Below, piece by piece: positions 27,348-44,428 of a DNA stretch of 64,000 nucleotides. The notes beneath the pieces were generated by a model. That model was not told the DNA's origin. It made no database searches and saw only the letters and a list, made by a program, of their open reading frames with translations. Source of the stretch: the human T2T-CHM13v2.0 reference genome, Homo sapiens; NCBI RefSeq assembly GCF_009914755.1, contig NC_060925.1. The stretch is one strand, 5' to 3'. A program made the translations under genes and the position numbers. Each line of letters begins with the position of its first letter. Position 1 is the stretch's first letter.

Positions 27348-27648
27348 TGCACTGCCCAGTATGATAGCCACCAAGCACACATTGCTCTTGAGAATTAAAA
27401 GTGTTGCTAGTCAAATTTGAGATGTGCCATGGTGTACAGTACACACTGAGTTTCAAAGACTTGGTAAAAAGAACATAAAATATTTCAATAATTTTTTGTT
27501 CCAATTACCTGCCAAAATTATAATATTTCTATATTGGGTTAAATAAAATATATTATTAAAATTAACCTAATCATTTATTTTTAATGGGGCTACCAGAAAA
27601 TTTTAAAGCATATTTGTCACTCAAAATGTAATTCTATTGCACAGTGCT
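27348..27648. mobile_element. MER33-like hAT-Charlie DNA transposon
   Basis: Inverted termini 'gcactgccca' / 'tgcacagtgc' and the internal 'atattgggttaaataaaatatattattaaaattaa'. Confidence 0.75.
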
Positions 27649-27979
27649 AAACTAGGATACAGACCTTTTGTTTCTATGAGAGTTCTTTCCCTTGCCACAA
27701 TACTACTTTTATTTGCTTTGTTAGTTTGTCCGTTTGTTTGTTGGCTTGATTACTTTCTTAAGCACCAGTCATAACCCAGTCAGGACCTTATCACTTTTGT
27801 CAACCTTAAATCAAAAGAAATGTAAGTAAAAAAATCTAATCCTTCTGACTTCCTCCAAATGTGAACATGCTTTTCTATGCAGAGACAATTTTTCATATGT
27901 ACCCTTTATGTCGCTCTGGTTTTGCCTCACTGAGATGTGGCCTTAGAGTATCAGCTCCATACTTGAATCTTTCACACAC

Positions 27980-28185
27980 ACCAAGGATACTGCAGGCTCA
28001 GTGTCTGCTAATTCAGTGGAACTCTTTTGCAGGTTAGGACTTCAGCAAATGCCCAGGCAGTCCAGCCGTCTGTAGGAAGACCTGGCCTCATGGTTTGGGG
28101 AATTTGTCCTATTGAAACAGAAAAACTGTTACTAGTCCAACTACTCAGTCTTCTCTCCAGTCACAATCTGCTTTTTAGATCATCT
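27980..28185 (+). repeat. ~205-bp dispersed duplicate, copy 1
   Basis: Colinear with 31039-31245; shared core 'aaacagaaaaact(g/a)ttactagtccaactact(c/g)agtcttct'. Confidence 0.88.
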
Positions 28186-28595
28186 GCTTTTTATCAAGTT
28201 CTTCTTTGGTAGGAATTTAAACAGGAAGGAGTTCATAGGGCTCAGGACCAGTGCTTTTTATTCCATTGTGGACTTGGAGAGAAATCTAAAAGAAAAATTT
28301 CCTCTAGATGGAAGAGTAAGAGAAGAGTCAGAGAGAATACAATCTTCTGCTATTGTTGTATTGCCTTCTATTCCTTTTTATTTTTTCTTTTGGTTTATTG
28401 ATCTCTTTTATTCTGGTCTTATCCTCTCATCCTATTTTTCTCTGAATGCTTGTCACTGAAGGCTTGGTGGTAGAATAGAACAGCCTTTCAATCAGGCAGA
28501 ATCTGATGGCCTACTATATGCCAAAGATCTGACACTGTGCAGTGTGCTGCAGGAGGAAGAAATGAACCACATGGGGCCAGCCCTGCAACGTAATG

Positions 28596-28758
28596 CCCTG
28601 TGACATTTTCCAAAGTGTTCTGTCTATTCCTGCATTCAGAGAAAGTGAAAAGCCCATCTTAAAGAGATTATTTCTTTTTTTAATCACACAAATAACCATA
28701 GAGATGAATATAACACACACGAATGTACTTCTGCTTCCTCAAAGTCTTAACTTTTTAT
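28596..28758 (+). repeat. ~165-bp direct repeat, left copy
   Basis: Matches 29202-29366. Confidence 0.95.
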
Positions 28759-29201
28759 TTTTATTTTTTTCTTTTTTTTATTATATTTTATGTTCTAGGG
28801 TACATGTGCACAACATGCAGGTTTATTACCTATGTATACATGTGCCATATTGGTGTGCTGCACTCATTAACTCGTCATTTACATTAGGTATATCTCCTAA
28901 TGCTATCCCTCCCCCCTCCCCCCTCCCCCCACCCCACGACAGGCCCCTGTGTGTGATGTTCCCCTTCCTGTGTCCAAGTGTTCTCATTGTTCAATTCTCA
29001 CCTATGAGTGAGAACATGTGGTGTTTGGTTTTCTGTCCTTGCAATAGTTTGCTGAGAATGACGGTTTCCAGCTTCATCCATGTTCCTACAAAGGACATGA
29101 GTTCATCATTTTTTATGGCTGCATAGTATTCCATGGTGTATATGTGACACATTTTCTTAATCCAGTCTATCACTGATGGACATTTGGGTTGGTTCCAAGT
29201 C
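28759..29201 (-). mobile_element. 5'-truncated L1PA5/6-like 3' end
   Basis: Poly(T), 'ttctagggtacatgtgcacaac', ORF 28991..29218 (WNQPKCPS...MFSLIG). Confidence 0.93.
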
Positions 29202-29686
<485 letters not shown>

Positions 29687-30786
29687 TATTTGCTTCAAAT
29701 CTTTGTAATGCTCTTAAGGAGACTACTTCTGTACACAGTGTCCTTGCAGCTCAAGCCCAGTCAGAGATACCTGACAAGTGGTCAGTCTTTTTATTTTTAT
29801 TAATTTCTATCTCATTGATCCTTGTTGTAAAACCTTATTGGAGTTTGCCTGTGGCCAGGTCATGGATTAGAGGTTTCATTGCCACCAAGGAATAGCAAAG
29901 TCATTAGCAAACTCTGCCCGTGTGAGTTCCTGCATTGTCGGTATCTTTCAAATGTCTCCATCATCTACCACTGAATGTCTCTATTATTTTTGCAATAACT
30001 TCCAATGGGGGTGTTTTTCTCAGGACATATGTTCTGAAGCTTATGAAGGAAATCATGATGTATTACCTGAATAGGTATTTTTTTTCTCTTTGAAGATTTG
30101 TTCAGTGGAAACACAAAGGTCATTCACTTAGCAACCACTCCTACCGTTGACCCACGACATGAGAAGCAGAGGTGATTCTAGAGAAAGATAATCAGTCCAA
30201 GCTCAGCTTTTACTGGCAACCAGGAAGATTCCAGATTCTAAGGACAAACATAAATCCTGCCCCAGAAACAGATCCCTCCCAAACTGTCATCAGAGCCAAA
30301 CTATAAAAACCACAACTGTCACCTGGGCCCCCACTCTCAACACCCAGCTTCTGCTTGCTATCTTGGGTGATAATCAGCCACATCTTTGTCCAGATTCTGA
30401 GGGCCCCAGCCCATTCCCCTGGACAGTCTGTCACATTCTCTCCAAAGCGCATTTGTTCAGAGGCATTAATGTCGCACTTTAATTCAAATCACTTTACCCC
30501 TTTATTATTCTGAATAAAAACAAGAAAGGAAGTAGGAGGAGGTGGAGGGAGAGAGGACAGGTTTGTAGCAGGAAACAGAGATCAACCCTATGCTTATGTT
30601 TGGGGGTGACTGGATCAAGGAAAAGGTAGAAAGGAAGAGGGAAGAGTTGGTAATTAACCCCAGTAAGTTGCTTTCCTGAATTACCAGGAAAGGTCAGGAG
30701 TAAGACTTGATTTTACAAAAGATATAAAGCAAAGAATCTAAATCCATCTTTTAGAACACATTTTGAATTCAATGCTCTTGTCCCCT

Positions 30787-31542
30787 CTATTAGTTTTCTA
30801 TTACTGTGTAACAACTTACTCCAAAAATAGAGGCTTAAAATGACTAACATTTATCATTTTATAGTTTCTCTGAATCAGAAATCCAGACACAGCTTAGATG
30901 GGTATGTGTGGCTCAGATTGTCTCATGAAACTGCAGTCACGCTATGGGCCGGGGCTACAGTCTTATCTGAACACTTGACTGAGGGAGGTCTATTTCCAAA
31001 CGCATTCATGCGGTCATTGGCAGGATACAATTCCTCATACCAAGGATTCTGCTAGGACCACTGTCTGCTAACTCAGTGAAAACACTGGGCAATTTAGAAC
31101 TCAGCAAATGCTGAGGCTGTCCAACAACCCTCAGAGAGATCTGGCCTCATTGTTTTGGGAGTCTGTTGTTATTAAAACAGAAAAACTATTACTAGTCCAA
31201 CTACTGAGTCTTCTTTCTAGTCCCGACCTAATTTCTACATGATCTTTATAGTGAGGGTTCCACAAGGCTGTCTGGTAACATTGCAGATGGCTTTCCCAAG
31301 GGTGGGCAATCCAAAAGAGAGCAACAGAATATTCCCAAAATAAAAGTCACATTATTTTTATAACCTAATCTTAGAAGGTTATTTTTAAAAGTATGTAACG
31401 TAGAAGTTATATCTGAACACTTCTGCCATATTCTGTTCAGCAAAAGTGGATCAATTAGTCCAAGCCACATTTAAGGATGGAGGATTATTCAAAAGTATGA
31501 ATACTTGGGATCATTAAGATGGTCTTAGAGGCCATCTATTAC
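30787..31542 (-). mobile_element. MLT1-type MaLR LTR interrupted by a 205-bp insert
   Basis: 'tattagttttctattactgtgtaacaac...' start and 'ttagaggccatctattaca' end. Confidence 0.75.
31039..31245 (+). repeat. ~205-bp dispersed duplicate, copy 2 (inside the LTR)
   Basis: Colinear with 27980-28185. Confidence 0.88.
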
Positions 31543-32097
31543 ATTATTTATCATTGATTCACTTTAATTAAAGGGTTTGTTTTGTGTGAATTTATAGAAT
31601 TTGTTTCTTAAAGTTTTATGGATCAATTAGAGGTAACATATAGAAAGTATTACAATATGATGGATGATTTAGCCAAAAAAAATCTGACTGAAAGCAATTT
31701 TGTGGAAATAGAGTGGTCCAACAACAATTTGGTCAAAATATATCCTAGTCACTGGAGAAATGGATATATAAAAGTAAAATAAAAGTAGAAACTTCCCAAA
31801 TCCTAAAAGGCAGAAAAAAATTCCTGAAGATTCATAGGGGTTACAAAACAACTTTCCGTGATGTACCAAAATTAAAAATGTCATGAAACTAGAGACAGGC
31901 TATTCATACTCCAACACATGATTATATTGGTCAGCTTGCTTCATATGAAATTGTATTTGGTTAAATTGCCTTCAGTTGAATCACCCTATCTTGTTAGAAA
32001 AAAATTACAATTCACTTTGGAGCAAATTTGTTGCCAGCATTTTATGTAAAGATTTCCAGAGTCGGCGATTAGTGCTGGAAAGCTGAGAGATGGTGCC

Positions 32098-32600
32098 AAG
32101 TAACAAATTACTCCAAACTAGTCGTTTAAAATAACAATAATAATTTATCATGTCTCATGCTTTTTGTGGGTCAAGAATTTGAGGATAAGTTAGCTGGATA
32201 TTCTCACTTGGGATTTCTTATGAAAGAAGAATGCAGTCAGATGTCAGCTGTAGCTGCAATCAAGTAAAGATTGATAAGGGCTGGGCCACTTCCTAAGTGG
32301 CACAATTGCATGGTTGTCCAGTTGGTTTTGGGTATTGGTGGAAACCTCTGCCTTAGCACCTCCATGGAGCTCCTTGAGTATGTGTTACGGCATGGCAGCT
32401 AGCATCCCCCTGAGTAGAGGATCTAAGACATAAAGATGGAAGCTACAATGCCTTTAATGACTCAGCCTCAAGAGTCACATACTGTGATTCCCACCATATT
32501 TTATTGGTCACACAGATTCAAAGTGGAGGAACACTACACAACAGTGTGAATTCTAGGAGATATGAATCATTGGGGGTCATCTTGGAGGCTAGCTATCATA
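32098..32600 (-). mobile_element. MLT1-type MaLR LTR
   Basis: 'gtaacaaattactccaaac...tgtgggtcaagaattt...cattgggggtcatcttggaggctagctatcata'. Confidence 0.78.
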
Positions 32601-33207
32601 CAAACAAAGAAGATGGGCCATATCCAGCCAGTTTTTTACAAATCCTTCTCTCAAAGGCCCTTTGTCTCATTACAGAGATAAATACTGGCCTCTCCTTGGC
32701 TTCTATAGAGCCTAAGTCAAAGTGAATTGAGACTTTCAGTCTGCATCCAAGATGGGCAATTGAAGTACAGTTTATGGGAGGAGCCAGCCTTTAACCTAAG
32801 GGTGGCCTGGTGGAATAATAGGGACATAAGGGAAGGCTCTTACCCAGTAAAATATTAGTCCTGCTCCTGGGGCAATAAAGCTTAAATTCCTCTAGAAACA
32901 GGAAAAAAAATGCTATTACATATTTATAGGAAAATCTTAAAGTGGAAACATCCCAAAGAAATGTAACATACTGATCTAAATTTACATCAAGATATGAATA
33001 ATTTGTGACAGATATTGTTCTGAGAAGAAGCTTTCAGAGACGTTGGGCAACAAAAAGAAAGTGAAAAGAACCTTACAAAAAATATGGGAGAGGCTTCCAA
33101 AGAAGTGAAAGTTAAATCACTGACATTATCATTTTTCCCGGACCCACACTTGTTCTGTAACAGTTCAAAGACAGAATTATAGAAAATAAGATATAGTAGC
33201 GTAGCCA

Positions 33208-33515
33208 GGCCAGGCGTGGTGGCTCCCATCTCTAATCTCACCACTTTGGGAAGCTGAGACAAGAGGATTGCTTGAACCCAGGAGTTTGAAGCCAGCCTGG
33301 GCAACATGTTGACATATCATCACTATGAAAAATTTTTAAGAATTAGCTGGGCATGGTGGTGCATGCCTGTGGTCCCAGCTACTTGGGAGGCCAAGGCAGA
33401 AGGATCACTTGAGGCTGAGAGATTGAGGCTGCAGTGAGCCATGATCATGCCACTACACCCCAGCCTGGGTAACAGAATGAGACCCTCTCTTTAAAAAACA
33501 GTAAATAAATAAAAC
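33208..33515 (+). mobile_element. AluJ
   Basis: 'gaggattgcttgaacccaggagtttg' and 'gagccatgatcatgccact'; TSD-like AAG(A/T)TATAGTAG. Confidence 0.92.
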
Positions 33516-34554
33516 GAAAGTTATAGTAGTCAAAGACTAGAAATGGATGCTAAAATAGAGTGCAGTTAGAAACCAGTAATTTAAAGAAATGTAATTTTAG
33601 ACAAGTGATTAAAGTCTATAGTTAGTCAACTAAGACTTATTTTTGCCTATTGATGAATGGTCTCTCCTCACATGCCACTCTGCTGTTATACCTTTAACAG
33701 CTCTTACCTAAGGCAGTATCAATAGGAGAAGCACAAAGAAAGAGGAGACGGCATGGAGACCTGTGGAGGTACAGTCATAAACTACACTTGAACCAGAAAT
33801 GAATTACTGCAACAGAACTTCTGCTGATCATTTACACTATCTGGAATTGTTACAAACGGGCAGAAAAAAAGTATACCAATCTTGGCCTGTATTCCCACAA
33901 ATGACTAAGAGCTGGCTGTGTAAAAAGTTTTAGGTCAAATCTCGTGACAACGAGCTTCCAGAAGCATAAAGGGATGTCCCATTGCTTCCAGGATTTTGCA
34001 ATTTGGTTGTACCAAATATTGCTCAATATCACTCTCAAATACCTGAAAACCATTCCGAGGAAATAATCCTTACTCAAATTGATTATGACCCAAGATACAT
34101 AGATCACAGGCTATAATTTCCAAAAATGTGGATATTTTAATACCTAATTCCTTTGCCATTTTCCTTCCAGAACCAACTCTGCTAACACATTCCCTCTTTC
34201 TGCTAGAAAAGAAAAACTGCCACCATCTTTAATTCCCTCGGTCAGTCATGGCCACAAGATACCATTTTTTCATTACCAATGAGTGCTTCTAGGGACCATT
34301 ATGCTCACATACTATACCATGCAATCAAATGTTTCATATTTTGAATTTAGAGGAAAGTTCATTGGTGCAATTAGAAATTCTACACACACACACGTTAGAA
34401 AAAGTTCCTAATCAGAGTACCAGCATAAGTAAAAGTGTTCTTTTTAGTGGAGCCCTTCACAAATGAGACAAAACTTGTGATGTATTTGTCTCTAGCAAGA
34501 CACTACAGAATGCAGAACTTGATGCAGGTTTAAAATAGTGACCTTCGCCCTCTC

Positions 34555-34692
34555 CTTCGATTAGACTTTAATGAGCTGTGTCTGTCATGTTCACTGTTGT
34601 ATCTTGGTAAGCAATAAGGTGCCTATCATATAGTAGAAGCTCAATATTTGTGGAATGAATAAATGTGGATAAATAATAAATGAGTCAATGAA
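34555..34692 (+). mobile_element. L2 3' end
   Basis: 'gttcactgttgtatc...tagtagaagctcaatatttgtggaatgaat'. Confidence 0.6.
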
Positions 34693-35156
34693 CTGTATTA
34701 TGATTCTCCCCGCCACCCATCTGTGACCTGAATTCAATCCTATAAGTTTTTCCAAACCCTAAATCCAGCACTATATTCCAGATTCCTCTGGATTCCCAGC
34801 ACTCTGTCTCATCTTCTTACCAGCTGGCCCCGATTTTCAGACACCCATTTACCCCCTCCTCCCTTCTCAAACTCCCTCTAGTCCCTACTGATCCCCACAG
34901 TTAAGTCCGGCGTTCTTCTATCTCCAAGTACAGAACAAAATTAAAACGTGTGCAAGAGAAACGAGAGCTCAGGAAAAAACACCTACTAGCCTTTACTATG
35001 CCCCCATTCAAACCCTGATTTTAATCATTTGTGCATTTATGTATTAGTCCATTCTTTCTTTCAACAAATAATAGAGTGACTTCTGAATTCTGTTATTCAT
35101 ACTGATACATAGATACATCCAATATGGAACCTCCAGTAGTTGCAGTTCAATAATCA

Positions 35157-35461
<305 letters not shown>

Positions 35462-36052
35462 AATAATCAAGATCTGGCAAAGAAAGAACGTATTCCTAGT
35501 GCTGAAGTCCCAAGTTACTCCTAGTGCTGAATCCCATTTCAGTGATGAGTATAGGGAAACAAATATTACTGAGTCTCTACTATGTGCCAGGCACTATACT
35601 GCATGCTTTTCATATGTCATAAAGAATCATTACCATGGAACTTGAATGATGTCCTTGGATACTGTTTTAGTACATTGAGCCTGTGTGTCTAAGAGAGGTC
35701 TCCAGCTCCCTACACTTCAAGTCCTCTGGCTCTTGTAAAACAACTGAGTCACAAGTAACAGATGCAACTGTAACACAGTTACAGATCAAGACACAGATCT
35801 TGCTTGTGTTTACAGAATTGTGATCCCACTAGAGGAAACACTGGTTCCTTTGCCTGTGTTTACAAAATTGTAAGCCTGCCGAAAGAACCTTTTGTTCGAT
35901 GTTAGATTAGAATTGCATTACTCTCTGGCTTTATGAGAAACCTAATTTCAAGTTAGTCACAAAGAGGATGACTGAGTATCTGAGACAGAACATTAATAAA
36001 ATCAATAATACACTCATTGGAATATGTTCATGGCTTTATTAAATTTTGATCA

Positions 36053-36378
36053 GGATGGGTATAGTGTCTCATACCTATAATCCCAGAACTTTAGGAGGCT
36101 GAGACAGACAGGTTGCTTGTCAGTAGGTCAGGAGTTCGAAGTCAGCCTGGCCAACAGGGTGAAACCTGTTTTTACTAAAAATACAAAAATTAGCAGGATG
36201 AGGTGACACATGCCTATAATCGCAGCTACTCGGGAGGCTAAGGTGGGAAGATCACCTGAGCCTGGGGAGGTCGAGGCTACAGTGAGCCATGATCGCCCAC
36301 TGCAATCTAGCCTGGGCAACAGAGTGAGACCCTGTCTCAAATATATATATATATAAAAATATATATTTAATAAATAAA
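36053..36378 (+). mobile_element. AluJb-like with TA-rich tail
   Basis: Alu dimer; TSD TAA(A/G)TTTTGATCA at 36040 and 36379. Confidence 0.92.
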
Positions 36379-36543
36379 TAAGTTTTGATCAAATAATACA
36401 TCCATATTTCTTTTTCTTTTCTCATTTGAAACTGTGTCTTCTTTCCCGCCCCCTGCCCTTGTTCTCTGTTCCCACTTCCCATCTCTGAATATAAATAGTT
36501 GTTTTCACATTCTTTGGATTTGGGCACAATGAGCATAGCTCAC

Positions 36544-36714
36544 CATCCAAAATGCTTCTAGTTTTGAAGCCTCCTTCTGAGCATCAAAAAAGTTGAGATG
36601 ATTTGCCAGGTGTGCGAGTTCTTGCTGTGTGCCAAAGTAATGCGCCAAATCACTCAGGAAGAGACATAAGATTTTCCAGTGTCCAGATGAGCCAATGAAA
36701 TATGCTTTCAAATG
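36544..36714 (-). other. Candidate exon (171 nt, open in phase 0), product unknown
   Basis: tttatatttcaag|CAT...ATG|gtgagc; translates without a stop as HLKAYFIG...KLEAFWM. No homologue recognised. Confidence 0.3.
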
Positions 36715-37320
36715 CTTGAAATATAAATTGACTACCTTTTGTGAAAAGATTCTCTGTTATAACTGAAACCTGGCAAGAGTAGGAGCAACCTGAGGGGACT
36801 TTCTCCTCTCTGACTTGAAAGCCCTGGGGAAGTGGGGTTTCACTTTTAAGCAGGTCTGGTTGCCAATGAATTCAGTATGATTGGACCTCACATTTTAGAT
36901 GCCAGGAAATTTTCATTAAAAATAAAACTCTTGAAACTTGACCTTTTATGGTCATAAAATTCCACACCATTTAGCACATTAACTAGCACCTGAAATGATG
37001 AGGGAACGTCTTGATTTAGTTTAGCATAGAAAGCATCTGATAAAATGAGATCCGTAGGGGCATCTCTGAGGTTTTATAATTACCATGAGCTGTCATCAGT
37101 ACATTATATCTGTTGTCTTCCTGATTCATTAGGATCATTATAGCTAAATCCACTGTAAGTAAAATGGTGGAAATGTCCATAGGCCATCCACCATGTATTC
37201 CACAGATGAACAGAACCAACAGGGCAGATAAAGGCTGAATAAAGTGACAAAAAACACTTAGCTTTAACTTGGACCCCCTTCTAAACTGGTGCTATTTCAC
37301 AAAACCTTTGATTCCTCACC

Positions 37321-37501
37321 ACTTTCCTTTCCAAAAGTACAAAGTCAAAAAGGAAATGAGGGTAAAAGAGTGATGCGTCAGAGGTTTCATAATTATGTAA
37401 AAGTTCACTACCCTCCCTTCCAAAAGCACAAAAAGCCAAAAAGGAAACGAGGATAAGAGAGTGATGTGTCAGAAGGTTTTATAAATATATGAATGTTTAT
37501 T
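37321..37501 (+). repeat. ~90-bp tandem duplication, 2 diverged copies
   Basis: 'ttccaaaag(t/c)acaaa...aaaaaggaaa(t/c)gagg...agagtgatg(c/t)gtcaga' occurs twice. Confidence 0.9.
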
Positions 37502-40022
37502 TACACTAAATAAAATTATAATTTCCCCAAAGTTTCAGAGTTTCAGAATATTCCTGTCTTGTTTTTGTCTCAACCAAGCCGTGTTCTACAAATATTTACA
37601 CAATCATAAGGCAGATCTATTTCAGGAAATTGAAGAACTGAGAACATTCTCCAGATAATTTACTGTAAATTATTATCATCAATAATATGTTCTAGCTCCT
37701 AAACCTCTCTTCTTCTGAAGAAAATATTATATTTGGATGATGATGATGAGCCTCATAACCCCAGTCACATTCTGTTTCTTTGTGCCTGGGTAGGTCATGA
37801 ATACTGAGGACTTCCTCCTTTCCTTATATTTTTTATATGCAGATAAAACCTTACAAGGAAATTCACACAAAAAAATAATAACAATTAACTATAGATAATG
37901 GGATAAAGAGTCATATGTTTTTAATATTTTCAAAAATTTTAACTAGAATAATGTATTACTTTTCAAATAAGGAGGGAAAAGACCATAAAGTTTGTTTGAA
38001 GAAAGGTTCTAGGGCCCAGTTCTCATTTAATTAGGGTTTTTCCATATAGATGGAAGATACTCAATTACCTGGAGTTCATCTACATCACTTTATCTTCATA
38101 CATGATGAAGGACTCCCAAGTCTTTGTATTCACAACCCTGCACTCTTTCTGCCACCTTTCACCAATTAGCCTTTTTCTGCATCCTGACAAAATGGAATTT
38201 GCCTCTAAATTGTTTCTCAACCCACATACTTCCTCAGTGAGAATCAATGTAAGAAGCTACCATCCCTTACCAATGTATGAAACAAGGCCCTGAATATAAG
38301 ACCTTAACCATCTGCATTTATTCAACTCCTACTGATTGAGTAATTGAGAAGGCTTGGCAGATTCTAATCTGGTCACACTAGATTCTAGTTCTGCCTCTTG
38401 AAACCATAGAAGGAATAGAATACATAATTCTTCATTCCCTGTCTTCAAGTTCTGGGAAGCCTCTCAGGGTTAAACAGCTGCCGCATTCCACCTCTAATAT
38501 AGACACGTAGTGGAAGGTAAAATGATCCCAATAGTGAGTTTGTGCTTGAGCACAGAGAAAATTTTAAAGTGCTTTGAGATCTTTCAGGGTAGAAATATAC
38601 ATAGTTCCTAATTTAAAAACATGGGTTTCGTTGAATTTGAAGCTTAAACATTCTTCTAAATGGCCACACCTGTCAGCTAAATGAAATGGAGAGGGAAAAA
38701 GACAGAAACAGATTCAACAAAGCATTAGATACCAAAAAGACATGTTCAGTTGATTAAAGCTTTTTTTAGTCAGCTTGCTTTGATGTTGCCTAGACATATC
38801 TATTCTAGAAGAAAGGGGAAATTCACCTTCTCTGAGGTCTGCTAACATCCTTTAGGACTTGACAAGGTAATGGGGATGAGACAGCAGTGTCTCACCCAAA
38901 GGGACAATTGATAAATAATCTTCAAAGGGAGAATGCTTGGAAGCAAAATTGTCTTACGTTTGTAAGATGTCCATGTTGGATATCACGAAATAAATAAGAA
39001 TACGTGAGATAGCTTCTCCATAATGCTTCCCATTGTTTGATGCACCCAATATGGTTTTTTAAATATCTAGGAATACTTACATATCTTAGGAATTACAATG
39101 AGACATTATTCAGTAAGCCTATGAAAAGCAAAATTAATTTTTAAGTTTAGATGCCATAAAAGGGCACTTTGGTCTGCCTCAATAATTCTGATCATTAGCC
39201 AGATAAGACCTGCTGGCTACACTGTACTGCTGAAAAAAAAAATTACAAGAAAATGTAGAGTCTTCTCTCTAGTGTAACTCAGATAAAATGCTTAGGTTTT
39301 TATTAATCATTAGAAATAAATCTCTATTTGGAGATTCAGAATAGTAGCATCAAAAGTTATATTATAAAAACGCATAAATGCTACCTAAGACCAACTTTTA
39401 GGTTACCTGGAGGCCTCTCAAAACAATACTACAGGAGTCGTGGGTCTAAAGGAGAGCATACATAATAAAAAACATAGTAAAAAAGGATCTGCTCTGGACC
39501 TCACCTTGTTTATAACCTTATGTGGATCACTTCACTTAAATCAAATTATCTCTGCATGAACATCGAGGTGTAAATGTTTATACTAAGTATGAGTATTCTT
39601 CCTACAACAGGTGATTTGGCCAAAAATGCCCTCTGGTCCCAAGTTATATATTTTGATTGTGTGGACATCCATTCTCACATTTTAAGGGAATAACACAACT
39701 CAACACCCAGAAAGGTATAAAGATAACTGCTTTATGATTGTTTGAGGTTGGAGTATATATCAACATCTTATTTTTTTAAGTTTACCTCAAGATTAAACTC
39801 TGCCTTTTTAAAAACTTTGCCTTTTTAAAAACAAATCTTTTCCTTATGGTTCCAGCTTCAAGTGTTTATTAGATCACACAGACATCTGTCAATAGAAAGA
39901 ATTACTCTTTTCCCATAAAGGAAGATAAGGAAAGACCTCTCTGGAAATTGTGAAATTTCTAGAGGATGAGGCACCTACTTCTGCAAAGATTATCTGAGAT
40001 TTAGAAATTTGTGCAAAAAATT

Positions 40023-41875
<1,853 letters not shown>

Positions 41876-43642
41876 AAGAGGCATACTGTACTTCTTAGAG
41901 CAACCAATAAAAATTAGTAAAAAATATTTTTTAAAAAGAAATTTATACAGAGAATTTGCCTCAATTTTTTTTCAATTGAAAGCCATGTCTTCCTGGTAAA
42001 AAGAGAGATGCTAGCAGCAAGAGCAACTAGGGTTAATTCTGACTCCAGAGGGATTTCTGGTCTACACTGATAGGTTGGCCATTAGCATTGCTCAGATTCT
42101 TATATAAATTGTATAGACTCCCACAGGATGGACATAAACCACATTTAGGTAGAAACTAAATCATTGACAGAGAGTTTCAACAAAACACTAACTGGATAAC
42201 CTTTTCTTTCTGATGCTATAGCCAGGAGGACATGTGAAAGGATTGAATCACAAGGGAAAAAGTTTCTAACTATGAGCACAGAATGTTCTTCATAACATTT
42301 GGCTGTGCAAATATGTATAAAATCCTCCCACTTCTTTAGAAAATAACATTTGAATTAACAAAACAGCTCTTCATTGAAAGAGAAACCTTTCAGCATTTCT
42401 GAATATGTGTAAGTTTGTACAACAGCTAGTTGGAAAATACATAACTGGAAATGTGCGAATGTAATTCATGGAATCCATGATGTTTTGATAGAGACTATTT
42501 TAAAACTGATATTTGTACAATCTGGAAGAAAATGAGGATTTTTAAATGGTCTCAATTAGTAAATCAGCTGTATAGAAAAATTAGGTTTGCATAGGGCAGC
42601 GATCAGCATAAACGAGAACGAAGCATGAAAGCAGATCACTAGATTATGCAAAACCAGCACCTGAAACTGGAGGATCTATTGGACATTCCACACTCTCCAC
42701 TTCTGGTTAAAGAAATCAAAGACAGTGATGTGAGGATGAATCGAATAACTAATATCAAAACCACACTGCAATGATAACTGAATTATTCATAATTAATCAT
42801 TCTAAACCATTTCCCAGTGATACCAAATTTCTTCCTAATTATTAAATTCAAATGAAGTCATGTTGGACTCATTACTGACCTCCCTCCATAATATCCAGAC
42901 AATCATAGGTCTTTCCAGATATCCCTTTACTGCCACTTGCATTATATTTCCTCTCCTTCCTCTATATCAGTTTTTCATCAGTCAGTATCTGAATTACCCA
43001 ACACTCTTTCCTATCTTGAATACCACTGAAAACAAATCTTCCTTAAACGCTGTAATTGCACTGCTTGAAAACATACAGGAGCTCTCTGGTAAATACTGTC
43101 TCAAGCCCAGCCTTCCCTGCTAGCCTTTCTGGATTCCTTACAACCAGTCTTACCAAATTCATCCAATAGTACTTCCCAATAGCTGCCAACATACTTCCTC
43201 CAGTGGTAAAAAGTCACTTCTGGGCAACATGCCCTATTCCTTCTCAGACACAGAGGCTTCATTTTTTACTTCTGCCTCAATTGTCTCCCTTAACTCAGTT
43301 TCTTAACTATTTTGCAAATTTTGTGAATTTCATTCAATTCACTCCAATATACATAGATTAATGTTGGTAAGGAAAATATTCCAGATAAAAGGGCAACGGT
43401 TTTCAGAGGTAGGGAAGAGAACTGTAGAGTGACCTCGCATGACAGTGGCAGAGTAAAACGCTATAAAAACAAGCGGCAGGGGGAGGGTGCAAATCATAGT
43501 GATTACTGAAGCTGAGAAATGTATGCCAAACTGTTCTAATCTTTCTATCATTGAATTCTGTGCTTTGAATTTTAGTTATGTTTACATGTTCATATATTTT
43601 TACATAAGCACATGAATGTGATTGTTAACTAACACACTGAAT

Positions 43643-44428
43643 TTTTTTTGTCATTTGTATTTTATTTATTTATTTAATTTTTTTTCTGATATACACCAGC
43701 AACCATTTTATTAAAAAAAAATTCAAGAGTTAGAAAATTTATATACACTTTTTTGCTTAAACTCATTTCCAGTTATCTCCCCATAGGATTTTGCCCTAAT
43801 GTAATCATTTTTATTTCTAAAAGTTTTTAACTGATCCTCTGTCATACTTCTCTTCAATAAAAATGTACCTTAAAATTGAACTTTTAAATTGTGTTTAATT
43901 TTCTAAAACTGTAATGTTCAAACTAAGAAATATATGGAAATGTATTTCTTCTTTTTTTTTTTACCGCATGCATATTTATTTATTTGATTGCCAAATCCTA
44001 CGGCATGCATAGGAAATACCATTTTCTTTTTTTTTCAATAACAGGGTTATCATTTATTATTTTGATTAACTCCTCATTTAGCATTAGGTATATCTCCTAA
44101 TGCTATCCCTCCCCCCTCCCCCCACCCACAACAGTCCCCGGTGTGTGATGCTCCCCTTCCTGTGTCCATGTGTTCTCATTGTTCAATTCCCACCTATGAG
44201 TGAGAACATGCGGTGTTTGGTTTTTTGTCCTTGCGATAGTTTGCCGAGAATGATGGTTTCCAGCTTCATCCATGTCCCTACAAAGGACATGAACTCGTCA
44301 TTTTTTATGGCTGCATAGTATTCCATGGTGTATATGTGCCACATTTTCTTAATCCAGTCTATCGCTGTTAGACATTTAGGTTGGTTCCAAGTCTTTGCTA
44401 TTGTGAATAGTGCCGCTATAAACATACG
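43643..44428 (-). mobile_element. L1PA3-like 3' fragment (44065-44428) plus ~420 bp of 3'-transduced sequence in a single insertion
   Basis: TSD ACACACTGAAT at 43632-43642 and 44429-44439. The L1 part has 'catttagcattagg'. Three AATAAA+A-tract modules lie between the L1 and the left TSD. Confidence 0.85.

Noticed and set aside
30024-30171. Two plus-strand exon-like segments
   Set aside because: The gap between them is only about 20 nt, too short for an intron. This shows how easily pseudo-exons arise here.
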